Position numbers and translations under genes: made by a program
Notes under the pieces: model-generated
What the model was told of the DNA's origin: nothing
Database searches by the model: none
Seen by the model: only the letters and a program-made list of their open reading frames with translations
DNA from: Octopus bimaculoides
Taxonomy: Eukaryota
Length of the DNA stretch: 64,000 bases
Reading direction: 5' to 3'
Assembly: GCF_001194135.2 (NCBI RefSeq)
Contig: NC_069000.1
Coordinates: 14,925,432 to 14,989,431 of the forward strand
Shown here: positions 21,881 through 35,350 of the stretch, piece by piece
How positions within the stretch are numbered: the stretch's first letter is position 1
How the letters are laid out: the number at the start of each line of letters is the position of its first letter

Positions 21881-23049
21881 TGGGACAAACACATACACAC
21901 ACACACAGCAGACTTCTTTCAGTTTCTGTCTACCGCATCTACTCACAAGGCTTTGGTTGCTTGAGGCTATAGGAGAAGGCACTTACCCAAGGTGCCACAC
22001 TGTAGGACTGACCGATGCCTGACCCAAGTATTTATTTTTATTTTGGAAAAAGGTAAAGCAAAGTGGATCTGCGTGGGATTTGAAATCAGAATATAGAATG
22101 CTGTCACCAAATACCAAGTGTTTTTGATGATAGCTTTTGGTTGATCAAAGCCTTGTGAGTGGATTTGGTAGACAGACCCTGTAAGTACCCTGTCGTATTT
22201 GTAGATGTCTGTGTGTATCCTTGCCTTGATGTCATGGTTGTTTTTGAGCATTGTTGTCATATAAATGATGTTATTATTTCAAGTCTTCTGTGGAAAAACA
22301 TGGCCAGACAGGATCAACATGACGTAGCATGTGATAAAGCTGTGTTTTTGAATTACTGGTACAATCTATCTGACAGGCTTGTGTACAGTTTTCTTCTACC
22401 CAATCACTGTCACGAGGTGTGGGTTGAGTTGAGGTTAAAGAACATCACATTTGGTCAAGGTACCACTGCAGGCTTATGGGTACTGGTGCCATGTAAAAGC
22501 ACTGTGCTGGTTCCACATTAAAAGTGCCCGTGCTGGTGCCACATAAAAATCATCCCGTACACTCTGTAAAGTAGTTGGCATTAGGAAGAACATCCAGTCA
22601 TGGAAACCATGCCAAAACAAACAAAATGAAACCCAGGCAGCTCTCTAGCTGGCCAGTTCCTGTCAAACTGTCCAACCCATGCTAGCATAAAAAAAAACAA
22701 ATATTAAATGATGATCGTGATGATAATAACCATTGCATGGCATCAGACCCAGGACCTTGTGACTGCAAAGCAAACTCCTTAACCATTCTGACATCTCCCT
22801 TCTTCTCCACACACATACACACATACTCTTTAAAGTACACATTTTTTTTGTAGAAAAAAAAAAGAGAATTTATGTCCAAAGCTGAGTTTGTCTTCAGAGA
22901 TGCCTGCATTACTGTCAGGTAATAAATAAATATAAATACTTAAATCACATTTAATTTGAGGTGCTTTAACAATCTGCTAAAAGGGTTCACAGCTTAATGA
23001 ATCATGTAATATGATATATTGCAGACTTCTTGGAGCAAGATTACCATGC

Positions 23050-23410
23050 TGGTTTTTTTCTATCTTTCTCTTTTATTTTCTACCTTTACAGTTTTGTCTT
23101 TCTTCTTTGCTTATTTGTCCATTTTTCTTTCCTTTCTTTACATATATTTTTCTTTTTTTTATCTCTTTCCTTTCTAGTTTTCTATTTTTTATTTTCTTTT
23201 TCTTTCTTTCATTCATTTTTTTTTGTTTTTCTTTCATCGTTCATTTTTTTTTTATTCTTCTTTTCTATACTCCTTTTTTCCCCCCTTTTTCATTATTTTT
23301 CTTGTTTATCACCTATGGAAAAGTTTCTTACCTTTGTGTTATTCCTGTCATCTAATTGCTTCTCTTTTTTTTTCACTTTATCTTCTGCTTGACTTTTTCT
23401 CTTCTTCTTC
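23050..23410. repeat. T-rich low-complexity tract
   Basis: Runs of T interrupted by C or A. Source of the F-rich ORFs. Confidence 0.85.
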
Positions 23411-24374
23411 ATCGGTTCCACAAATTTAATTAGATATCATACAAGATCTGCATTTGAATTAAATGATTGTATTTCAAGTTCAATAATTTGAGGACAAGAT
23501 TAGTTTTCAAAGAGGAGAAAAAAAAAAGAATTACTATTGTTAGGTTTTTAGCCCCAGGTCAACCATAATCGAGCAAACTTTTAATGAAAGTCACTGAAGC
23601 CATAACCATGCATCCAGAATTACATTATTCAACATCTTTCTGTCTATATTATATGTTTGATTTGAGGGAGATTTGGTTGCTATTTCTTGTATGCTGAGCG
23701 ACCACATTGTCTAATATCTTTCCATTTGTTTAAAGACTATGGTATAGTTTGAAGGAGATTTGGGTGTTATTTCTAGTATATTGAGTGTTCAGTCCAGCCT
23801 AGTCCAATACAAAGAGAAACAGAGAAGGGAAAGAGAAAGAAGATCCCAATATTGGACTGGTAAATTTATCAGCTCCTAGTCACCACACCAAAAACAAAAG
23901 CAAAAAAAAAAAACCCAAAAGGGAAAAAAAACTGCCCTCAGTGGGATTTGAACTCACAGTGTAGAGAGAGGAATTGAATACTGCATGATGTTTTATCCCC
24001 TGATTTATGGTGAAAGGCATAGTTTATCTCATCCAATAAGAACTTCACTTTGTAATTTTCATTTGTTTTTGCTAAAGTCTAAAGACAGTAAGGTGTGATT
24101 TGAGAAAGATTTGGCTGCTATCTTTAGCAGGTTGAGCGACTGTTGAGAAGCATTGTCTTTAGATGTTACATAAAAATGATTGAGTGGTCATGTAGAAGCT
24201 GCTTATTTATTACTGCGTAGAGAAAATAAATTTAACTCTTGTTGATGGAAGGACTATGAAGATAAATCTTATCTGCAGTGGAACTGATGATGGCATAATA
24301 ATCTCATCCACCATTTAAATTATTTGAAAATATTACGGTTTATTATTATCTTCATCATTATTATTATCATTGTT

Positions 24375-24583
24375 GTTGTTGGCAGAATTGTTGGTGTGTT
24401 TGACAAAATACTTAGTGGTATTTCATGTGGACCTTTATGTTCAGTCTTCAAATCCTGTCAAGGTTGACTTAGACTTCCTCCCTCCCAGAGACAATAAAAT
24501 AAGTATTAGTTGAGCACTTGAGTTCATGTAATTGACTGGCCCCCTCCCCCAAAATTTCAGGCTTTGTGCCTATAGTAGAAAGG

Positions 24584-24640
<57 letters not shown>

Positions 24641-25095
24641 GAAGGTGACAAGCTGGCAAAATTGTTAGTACACCAAGCAAAATACTTAGCGGCATTTCGC
24701 CTGCCGCTACATTCTGAGTTCAAATTCTTCAACAAAACAAGAGTTAAAAAGAGCAACAATAATAATAATAATAATAATAATGATAATAATAGTAATAGTA
24801 ATAGTAATAATAATAGTAATAGTAATAATAATAGTAATAGTAATAGTAATAATAATAATAGTAATAGTAATAATAATAATAATAATAATAATGCTTATTT
24901 TAGGCACAAGGCCAGCAGTTTTGAGGGTGAAGAAGTTGATTACATTGGCCCTAGTCTTCATCCAGTACTTATTTTCTTGACCCTGAAAGGCTGTAAAGTA
25001 AAGTTGTTCTTGGTGGTGTTTGAACTCAGGACATAAAGACATGCGAAATGCTGCTAAGCATTTTGTTGTGTGTGCTAAGGATTCTACCAGCTCGT
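24375..25095. mobile_element. Cluster of three type B SINEs separated by (ATT)n/(AAT)n arrays
   Basis: 24375-24590 (+), 24641-24745 (+, truncated), 24900-25095 (-). Confidence 0.8.
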
Positions 25096-25687
25096 TTATT
25101 ATTTCAGGAATCTTTTATGTGTTTTTCTTTACACAGTTGAATTCAATTCTGTGTGTCTTGGTTATGTGCAGTGGTGCCTTGGATATGTGTGGTACCGTCT
25201 TGCATTGTATATGGGTAGTATTGTTGTGGGTAGGGTAGAGATGCCCTACTTTGGTATGGTGCTAAAACAATTTTGGGTAGATAATATCTTGGAAGATAGA
25301 GAGAGAGAGAAAGAAAGAGAGAGAGAGAGAAGAATTATGGTATTACTTTTGCAATTCCAAACCAATCTGGAAACTATTTCATAAGTTAAGAAACGCTGAC
25401 TTTGTTTATGAATAGTTTAGGTTTTTGGAATGGTATCATATTTGATAGAGAATTTCACTTGCGGTTGGCAATTGGTGAAACCAATTCTTGAAGATTTCCA
25501 TTTATAAAAAGCGTGTTTGTGTGTATTTATACAGGCTCACACATATGTATGTCGATGCAAAATACACACACACACATGCACACACATTTATCTGTAATTT
25601 GTTTTTTTATGTTTGCATGTATGCATTACATATGAGTTCGTTCTCAGTATTTATGTATGAGGACCACATATATCAATGTATGTATTT

Positions 25688-25744
<57 letters not shown>

Positions 25745-25770
25745 CTTTCGCTCTCTCTCTCTCATACACA

Positions 25771-25993
25771 TTAACTTTTTAGCCGATCATATCCAGCCCA
25801 AATATCCTCCATGTTTTATGTTCAAACTGGCCAGATCCAGCCTCTCACACCTACTCAACAACACCATTTCTAAAAACAAACAATCACATCATCAAAGCCT
25901 CAAAGCTACATGAGATAATGCATGATTAATTCAAGCCAATGTGAATAAATAAACATTACATTCGCTAGAATGATCTGAACACTAAAGGGTTAT
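25771..25993. mobile_element. piggyBac-like (TTAA) MITE
   Basis: ttaacttttta... to ...actaaagggttat. The interior matches the copies at 30704, 49355 and 59177. Confidence 0.7.
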
Positions 25994-26075
25994 GTTCTGG
26001 CTTTGGTTTTGCTAAGTTCCTGGGGAGTAAATACTCAAGCTATTCTCCAAATTTCTATTTAGCCACTCAAATAGA

Positions 26076-26218
26076 GAGTCAAGACTATTGAAAAGGTTGC
26101 AAGACACAACGAAAATTTTAGGAAAATAAAAATAAGGAATAAGTGGAAATTTTACTGGTGTGTGCGTGTTGAATTATAAGGCACAGAAAGAAAATGACTC
26201 TCCAGACACTCAAATAGA
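26076..26218 (+). mobile_element. Hammerhead-like repeat, family 2, solo copy
   Basis: Reverse complement of 5420-5551, bounded by the direct repeat cactcaaataga (26064-26075, 26207-26218). Confidence 0.7.
26085..26121 (+). ncRNA. Hammerhead-like motif with U3-A8 core (family 2)
   Basis: cta-TTGAAAA-g-gttg(caagaca)caac-GAAA-att-t-tag. Confidence 0.4.
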
Positions 26219-27059
26219 AATAGCATTGAAAAAATAATATTATATAACCATACTCTTTGAATAACAAGGCCATAATTAAAGTAGTTATTTGCTATATACT
26301 TGTAAAATATAATAATTACTGTTATTATCAAATAACTGTTAGCACATGTAGGACAAATCCAGTCGTTGACTTAGTTTCTTGTGAAGGTAGCTCCAGGCAG
26401 TTTTTTTCCTCGGATGGCTGTCAAAATAGGTTATATAATAGCTGCACTTAAAAGAGTAGTATCGTGTTGTATAGTATGGCACCCCCATCTGTGGAAGTCA
26501 CCTCTTCTGTCTGTAGACTGGGGTATTTCATCCGTGTTTATGTTTTGAGTTCAAGTCCCGCTGAGGTCGACTTTCATTGTCGTTAAAATAAGTAACGGTT
26601 GAGCACAGGGGTCAATGTTATCACCTTACTCCCCTCTTCTGAAATTTCTGGTCTTGTGCCAAAATTTTAAAACATTGTTATTATTGGCTATTGAAAAGTT
26701 TCAGTTCCTATTGAAGCAACAGTAAGTTTGGACAAAACATCTAATATTGATCATAGCTACTATTTGGCATCTCCTTGTGTAGGAGTAAACTGCAAGATTT
26801 GTATATACCTGCTGTACCACACCCATCATTCATTTAGCTGGCTGAGTTATTTTGCCATTTGTCTCTTTCTTAACTGAAAAGCGGAAAGAAAAGAAGACGA
26901 ACAAAGAGAATGTGGGTTGTGTCAGTCACATATAAAGAGTACTGCTTTCTTTTCTGATGTTTGTTCTCTTGACTCCCATAAACATATGTGTGTTTTTTTT
27001 CCTTTTTTATTGTGTATATATCTGTCTTACTCTGTCACTGTAAATTTCTTGCCCTCATT

Positions 27060-27650
27060 CTTGATCACTCTCTCTCTCTCTCTCTCTCTCCCCTTCATTT
27101 GCCCTTCCCTCTGGCTAGCTAACCAAGTCTCTTTTACAGCAGCACATCTTTTCTGTCCACTTTCTTGTTACCCCTCCCCCTCATCTCTCTTTCTCAGCCA
27201 GGTAACCATGTACTTCCTCTATAGCAAGACACCCGTTTCTACCTCTCTGTCTCTTTGTCACATCCTAATCTTTCATCATCTGACACAAAATCACTTCCTC
27301 CAATGCCCCCTCTCCTTTCAAAATTCCTTATCTTGCAAGTTACTTGGTAACCCTGCCAATGCTGGTGCCATGTAAAAAGCATGCAGTCTACATTGTGAAG
27401 TGGCTGGCATTTGGAAGGACATCCAGCTGTAAAAACCATGCCAAAACTGACCTCACCTGTGCTGGTGCCACATAAAAAGCACTGTGTCCACTCTACAGGG
27501 TGGTTGGTGTTAGGAAGGACAGCTAGCCATAAAAATTGTGCCAAAACAGACACAGTAGCCTAGTGTAGTCTCCTACCGAGCCAGCTCCTGTCAAATCGTT
27601 CAACCCATATCAGCCTGGAAGGTGGACGTTAAATGATGATGATGATGATA
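27060..27650 (+). mobile_element. Non-coding element with CT-rich body and RTE-type 3' tail
   Basis: Body ggtaaccatgtacttcctctatagcaagac...caaaattcctt also at 43912-44190. Ends in ccatatcagcctggaaggtggacgttaaat(gat)n. Confidence 0.7.
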
Positions 27651-27889
27651 TGTATATATGGCACTCTGTCAGTTAGAATGATGAGAGTTCTATTTGATCT
27701 GATCAGTGAAACAGCCTAATTAATGTGCAAGTGCTTTTTGACCATCGGTGGTTGAATGGTGGCAAGAATTAAGAATTTCTGGGTATTTAATGAATAGATA
27801 ATAACTCCCCACCCCCACCAGAAAGAATGAAAGTGAAAATTAAAAGCCATTAGCTTAGGTAATCTTTTTTTTTAAGGAAAAATAGACAG

Positions 27890-27988
27890 GTGTGTGTGTG
27901 TGTGTGTGTGTGTAAATATGTATATATATCTGTGTGTCTGTATGTGTGTATGTATGTGTATATATATGTATGTGTATATATATGTATG

Positions 27989-28025
<37 letters not shown>

Positions 28026-28058
28026 GTATGTATATATGTATATATATATGTATGTATG

Positions 28059-28097
<39 letters not shown>

Positions 28098-28494
28098 ATA
28101 TGTATGTATATATATATGTATATATATATGTGTGTATATATATATATGTATATATGTATATACATATGTATATATGTATATACATATATGTATGTGTATA
28201 TGTATATATATTTGTGCATGTATATATGCATATATGTCTGTGTGCACGTACTTGTATGTGTGTATATATATATATATGCATGTTATGTATGTATGTATGT
28301 GTGTGTGTATGTATATGTATATATATATACATGTATGTATATGTATGTATGTGTGTGTGTATGTATATGTATATATATATATATATATACATGTATGTAT
28401 TTATATGTATATGTTTGTGTGTATATATATATGTACATGTATATGTTTATATGTAAATGCATGTGTGTGTGTGTATATATATATATAGATATAT

Positions 28495-28583
<89 letters not shown>

Positions 28584-28610
28584 GAGCGAGGGAGACACAC
28601 ACACACATAC
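27890..28610. repeat. Compound (TG)/(TA)/(TATG)/(GA) microsatellite
   Basis: Read directly. Confidence 0.97.
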
Positions 28611-28899
28611 TAGACAAAAATAATCTGTAAGAAATTCTTTTTCCTCAGAAATATCTCTAGAAATGTTCAGTATTTATTGTCTGCTGAGAATAATGGAAGG
28701 ACACACCCACACACACACACACAGTTTATATATATGCACACTCACACACAGTCGACTTAGACAAGAATGACGATAGTGGTCATAATAATAATAATAATAA
28801 TAATAATAATTGTAATAATAATAATAAAAGAGTATTCTTTTGAATTATAAATGATGATGACGTAATAATGAGTGTCTATGTGTGTATGTACGGACATAA

Positions 28900-29176
28900 C
28901 ATGACTGAATAGTTTAGAAGTTGTCTTTGCAGTCACAGGATCTCAAGTTCAATCTTACTCTGTGCTATCTTAAGCAAGTGTCTTTTGTCATGAGTTTGGA
29001 TTCAAACCTTCTTGAGTAAAACTGGACGAGCAGAAACTGTGATGTCATGGGTGGATTGTATGTGTGTATAACAAGATCCAGCTTGTCACACTCATTTGGA
29101 CCTCAAGTGACCAATGTCTGGTTTGTGAATTTGGCAGATGGAAACTGTGTGGAAGCCCATTGTGTATGTATGTATA

Positions 29177-29212
<36 letters not shown>

Positions 29213-29390
29213 TCTGTAACCACTTGACAATCACTGTTGTGTTGTTTATATCCCTGTAACTTGGCAGTTTGGCAAAAAGAGATTGATAGAATAACTATTT
29301 AAGATTAGTATTGGGGACAATTTCATTGACTAAACTCTTTCAGGCCATGCCCCAGAACAACTGCAGTCCAATGAGTAAAAGAATAAAAGA
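28900..29390 (+). mobile_element. Type A CORE SINE, older copy
   Basis: cttaagcaagtgtctt core, ggcagatggaaactg, internal (TG)n, tail tgagtaaaagaataaaag. Confidence 0.7.
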
Positions 29391-29639
29391 ATATATTTTA
29401 ATTTTTATTCCTGATTTTGTTTTTTTTTTCTGGTTTGGTTAACAAACACTCACATTCTTGCCTGAGCTGTACATTACAAGTTACTATTTGCCTTGCCTGC
29501 AGAGTGTGTCCCTGGATATTTTTTCATGCAGTATTCATTACAGTTCTCTGCACTCTCTTGCCAGGGTCAGCATTGCTTTTCATCCTTTTGAGATTAATTG
29601 GTAAAATACTATTCCAGTAGTTGGTTAAGCCCCTCCATT

Positions 29640-29965
29640 CCCTATGGGGTAAAATGGGTAAAAACCCCCATTCGATCATGAATGACCGTGGGATTGCACC
29701 TAGAAAGTTCCCCTCTGAGATACAACTCCAGGCAAGGTTGTTTATTGAAGACCAACAGTTGCCCATGCATACCAACCTCCTCTCTCCATACCACCAATGT
29801 TATCTAAAGGAAAGGCAAAGGCCAATACAGCTTGACACCATTGACATCGCAACTCATTTCAACAGCTAAGTGAACTGGAGAAGTGTGAAATATAGTGTGT
29901 TGGTCAAGAACACATATGGCTCAGCCCGGTCAGGGAATCAAATTCATTATCTCATGATTGTGAGT
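29640..29965 (-). mobile_element. CORE-type SINE, type D tail
   Basis: Second copy at 59215-59455 (catgaatgacc(g/a)tgggattgcacctagaaag...gacatcgcaact). tRNA-like head near 29900-29965. Confidence 0.7.
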
Positions 29966-29989
29966 TCAATGCTATGGAGTATAAGCTAT

Positions 29990-30460
29990 CAGTTACTTTC
30001 CTCCATTCTCAATTCTGAATTGTCTTCCATGCTTCTCTTCAGTTGGACCTTTGCTTTTTCAGCTTTGGCTCAGTATCCTACCTCCAGTTATCTTCTGGAT
30101 GTCCTGTCTTCTGCCTCCCTTGTGGGTTCTAGGTCAGGGCCTGACGTGTAATAGAGGATGTTGGTTTCTTTTTGGACTTTGCTGTAGTATGTCCTATATT
30201 TTCCCGAGGGAAGGCCTTCCTCTTCCAGGTCTTGTTGGCTTTGAATTGTCATTGATGCCTCTATAACTTTGCCTTTTTCTAGGTGTGGATGTTGGCTCTA
30301 TGCAAACCCATTTTTTTTTACCTCTGAGAGAAGGTGGTCCATATTAGCCTGGCCCCTATCCTTTGACCTGTCCAGCATTGGATGCCCTACTAAGAGCTGG
30401 TGTCTTGCTGGTATAGCTCTGTGTCACTGAGGCACACAAACCACACCACAAGTCATTACA
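29990..30460 (-). mobile_element. Degenerate RTE-type LINE 5' region (leader plus decayed start of coding region)
   Basis: Leader motif shared with 183-300, followed on the minus strand by gggtttgcatagagccaacatccacacctagaaaaa and a purine-rich tract. Confidence 0.45.
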
Positions 30461-30703
30461 CAGTATCATGAACTTGACCTTGTGGTGGAACCTAGTACTG
30501 GAGGGATTGATTTTACTCTCTGTCACTTTATTTCTCTCTGGGTTGTACCTGTAATTCCAAGTTTCAACCTTGTTACATTGTGTTACATTGATTCAGTCTG
30601 AAAACTGTGTTAAGAGTACAAGTGTCTGGGAAACCAGCTCAAGTGCTGACAGGTTAATTCCATGAATAGGAATTCAGTTGGTTGTACAACTGAAAGCTTA
30701 TCA

Positions 30704-30931
30704 TTAAACTTTTCGCATTCAGATCACTCTGTCAAATGTAATGCGTATTCATTCACATTGTTTTGGATTTATCATGTATTAACACATTGCTGTGAGGTTT
30801 TGATGATGGGATCGTTTATTTTTAGAATGTCACTGTAGGTTAGGTGTGAGAGGCTAGATCTGGCCAGTTTGGATATAAAACTGGTAGAATATTTGAGTCA
30901 TATGTACTCAGTTTAAATGCTAAAGAGTTGA
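30704..30931. mobile_element. piggyBac-like (TTAA) MITE
   Basis: ttaaacttttcgcattcagatc ... aaatgctaaagagttga. Confidence 0.7.
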
Positions 30932-31039
30932 GATCAACAGAAAATCCCTCACCTTCACTCATTCCATGTTTATTCACAAAAATCTTTGTATAGATATGAA
31001 GTGATTTGAAGAAGATGTGCTTGTAGTAGAAAGGATTAT

Positions 31040-31178
31040 TGACTTTGCCTTTCATCCTTTCGGGGTTGATTAAATAAGTACCGGTTAATCACTGGAGTCG
31101 ATGTAATCGACTTAATCCCCTTGTCTGTCCTTGTTTGTCCCCTCTCTGTTTAGCCCCCTGTGGGTAATAAAGAAATAA

Positions 31179-31211
<33 letters not shown>

Positions 31212-31990
31212 GTTGTTGTTAAGGTGGAGAGCTGGCAAAATTATTGGCACACAAGACAAAATGCTTGGCAGCGTTTTGCTTGTTTTTACGTACTGAGTTC
31301 AAATTCTGACTTTGCTTTTCATCCATTCAGGGTCAATGAAATAAATATCAGTCAAGTACTAAGGTCAGTGCAATCAAGTACACTGCTCCTCCAAAATATC
31401 AGGCCTTGTGCCTGTATTATGAATGATGGTTTGAGTGGTTGGCGTTAGGAAGGGCATCCAGCTGTAAAAACTCTGCCAAATTTAGATTGGAGCCTGGTGT
31501 TGCCATCCGGTTTCACCAGTCCTCAGTCAAGTCGTCCAACCCATGCTAGCATGGAAAGCGGACGTTAAACGATGATGATAATAATGATGATGATGATGAT
31601 GGTGAAGCAGTGAACTAGCAGAATCGTTATCACACCAGACACGGCTTTACATTCTGAGTTCAAATTCTGCTGAGGTTGCTTTTGTCTTTCATCGTTTCAG
31701 GGTTGATAAAATAAGGATCAACTTTACCCCAATCCTGAAATTGCTAGCCTTGTGCCAATGGGACAAGTTGCTTAGTGGCATTTTTTTTTTTTGGCTCTTT
31801 ATGTTCTGGCATCAAATCCTCTTGAGGGTGACTTAGCTTTCATCCTTTCATGATTAATAAAAATAAATACCAGTTGAGCACGGGGGTTGATGTAATCACC
31901 TTATTCCCTTCCCTTAAAATTGCTGGCTGTATGCCAAAATTTGAAACCATTATTTTTATTATTATTATTATTATTGTTATTATTATTATT
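31040..31990 (+). mobile_element. Head-to-tail chain of about four type B SINEs with (ATT)n spacers and one inserted RTE tail
   Basis: SINE bodies at 31040, 31221, 31605 and 31780; RTE tail at 31433-31600. Confidence 0.8.
31433..31600 (+). mobile_element. Young RTE 3' tail
   Basis: One mismatch to 21770-21860 over the last ~90 nt. Confidence 0.9.
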
Positions 31991-32329
31991 ATTGTAGGAG
32001 TCTCTGTTTATTCACTATAAAGAAAGCCACATAATCTATAACATATAATAAGTGAGAAAAATGGAATGAGGTAATTTGAAAGGAAAAGGAAATATTTCAT
32101 CTGTCACTATTCCATGTGATGGATTTTTCTATTTTTTTTCCCCTTCCTCTTGTGGTTCTTCGTTCTTTCAGTATTATTGCAATCAGCAGGGGATTCTGGC
32201 AGCAAGCACTATCCTATATAATTCCAAATAAGAATGGAATGGAGTGATTTGCCATTTTTGGAAGAATATCTATCTGTCCATTGTCAACGTTTTGTTGTTT
32301 CTCTAACCACACATACACTATGTCTTTCT

Positions 32330-32426
32330 CTGTCCGCCTGTCTCTCTCTCTCTCTTTCTCTCTCTCTCTTTCTCTCTCTCTCTTTCTCTCTCTCTCTTTC
32401 TCTCTCTCTCTTTCTCTCTCTCTCTT

Positions 32427-32470
<44 letters not shown>
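32330..32470. repeat. Interrupted (CT)n microsatellite
   Basis: Read directly. Confidence 0.95.
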
Positions 32471-32472
<2 letters not shown>

Positions 32473-32818
32473 CCATCTTCATCTTTTACTTTTTAATCTT
32501 CCATTTTCCCTTCCTTTTTATTTTTATTTATCTCTCACTTTTTCTGTCTTTTTCCCTCTTTCTTTTTTTCTCCTTTCCATTCTCTCTCGCTTTCTCTTTC
32601 TCTTGTTCACTTACTCTCCTTTTTCCCACCTTCCTCTTTCTTTCTCTTTCCAACCTCCCACTCCCCTCCTTATGATTCTTCTCTCTTTCTTTCTGTCTTT
32701 TCCCTGACCATTCTCTCTCCCTCTCGCCCATAGTTGAAATTTTTCATATATTCACTATCAGAGTTTTATGTTTCTATTAAATTATATCTGTTGACTTCTT
32801 AAATCATATGCATGTATG

Positions 32819-32872
<54 letters not shown>

Positions 32873-34353
32873 TTGTGCCAAAGTGACCTGCACAGCTTTT
32901 AAGAACCTGTTCATTTATATGTTATGATGTAAATATATCAAATTTGGTTTTGACACTTTGGATAACCAAAATTTCCTTACACCACCTCTTATTTTATAAT
33001 GCAAAAATGCCCGATCCTATTGGAATTAAAGCTTTCCACCAGAATTATATGTGAGAACTTACTTTTTTTTTTTGTCAAGGTATGCTTCAAACACCGTCTT
33101 AGCAATGACAGTTATTTTACTAACCTTCTAAATTCTTCATTACTTTTAAGATACTGTATTTGCTGGTGTATACGACGCGCTCTCACATAAAATGCATCCT
33201 TGTTTAACGAATCCATTTTGTAGAAAAAGACAAATTTAATATGTTTCATCATATACCTATTGAAAGATATTTTAAAGTGGTCTTGTAATAAAAACTGAAT
33301 GATTCTGTGCATACAAATACAATGCTGTGACAGTATACTGGAACAAAGTATGAAACCATAAATTTATCATGTATAAGCTACATTATATGAGTGCCATATT
33401 TCAACTTCTTTTAGATCAGCTTTATTGTTGTTTATATTTTGGTCTAGGGAATTGCTATGTTAGATGTTAAGCTCATATTTTTGGCATCAAGGTGCAAACA
33501 AACCACTGCTATGGTTTTCTTGCTATCCATTTATTGCAAATAGCTGACAGGTGGATGAAAATGTAATATTCCTTTCATCTTTCTGATAGAATTTTCATTC
33601 AGATAATTAATAAATGTTTCTTAAAGGTAACACAGTCTTTAAATAATGTAAAACATATCAGGTTTGGGAAAGAGGTCACCACATAACTGCACCATAAGCA
33701 ATTTTACAAATGTTTGGGATAGCAAATTGTAATACTTTGGATTTGTTTTCAATATTTTATTGTTAGTAACAATTACTGTGTCTAGCAGGGGGTCATTGAA
33801 ATTATTGTGCCTAGCTGGGGTTAGTGAAATAAGTACCAGATGTGTACTGGGGGCTGATGTAATCCATTAGCCTTCTCTCCAAAATGTTAGGCTTTTTGTC
33901 TATATTAGAAAGGGTTATTATTATTTCATTTGACTTAAAATTGACCAGGGCAGTGCCCCAGCATGGCCACAGTCTAACAATAGAAACAACTGCTGAAATC
34001 AGGTTGCATCTAATGAGCTCATACATCTTTTATGTCATCAAATTATGGTAGTTTTTCACATTAAGTATTTAAATGTCCTGTTAATTAAATAACAGAAGGT
34101 TTGGCAGGGACAAGGGTGATAGCATTGTTTTGCTGTGCTTGCGGCATCAGTTTATTTTAATCTAACCCTGCTGATGTTACCTGGCTGAGATCAGGTGCCA
34201 CACCTATTGTTTATAGTTAAGTGGTTTATGTCAAGAAAGGACATTGATCTGTAATGAACAAAAACCACAAATTTGTATAAATTTAAAACAAAACAGAAAT
34301 ATGCCCAATCCTTACTTTTGTGGAGAGGTAGGTGTTAAACAAGTCTGTGTTGC

Positions 34354-34419
<66 letters not shown>

Positions 34420-35350
34420 GTGTGTGTGTATGGTTGGTTCTTGTTAGTAACAGATATATACGTATATATTTGTATATGTGTGAGAGAATGTATGTTGATA
34501 GTGTGTTTAAAAGAAGTTTGTATAGTAATTTATATAATATATACACCGTCTATACAATCTTTTTGGAATTATTTGGCCTATCTTTTCCTTTTTTTTTTAC
34601 TTCTAGTCTTAATGTTTTTGTTTTGCCTTTTATTTATAAATAACATGGTATACATATATGTATACATACCTGTCTGTTTGTATGCATATATGTTTGTATA
34701 TTTATATCTGTGTATACCTTTGTGTACCTGTGTTATTTCAGATTGGCATGTTTCTCTTTCTCCCTCATTTCTGATGCCAAATTCTTATTTTATGCTGTTA
34801 TGTATTTTGTAACCAAATATCTTTGATATCTTGGAAGTATTTATGCACTTACACAACTCAGAGCAATTACAGTATACTACAACCACATAACACAAAATAA
34901 AAACTAAAGAGAAAAACATTAGTAAACAATACATATATACTATACAGAATTTCCCTCAAAAATAGACAATTGATACTTGTTGCACTGCACAATGCTAAAA
35001 TAATCACACAGGATCCAGTACAGTTTATAAAGTGGCTGGCATTAAGAAGGGGCATTCTGCTGTAGAAGCCATGGCAAAACAGACAGTAGAAGTTGGTGTA
35101 GTCCTCTGGTTTGTCATCTCCTATCAAACCATCCAACCCATGGCAGTGTCAGAAACAGATGATGATAATTATCATCAATATTATCATTTCAGTTGATTAT
35201 ATTTTTCTCTAATGTTTCTACCCCTGTGCCCTCCTTAAGTTGGAAATCAGTATTAAAAGGGTGATGTAGGCATAGATGTAGCTGTTGGCGGGGTGCAAGT
35301 TAATTACATTGATAGCAGTGTTCGACTGTGATTTGTTTTATTGACATCAG

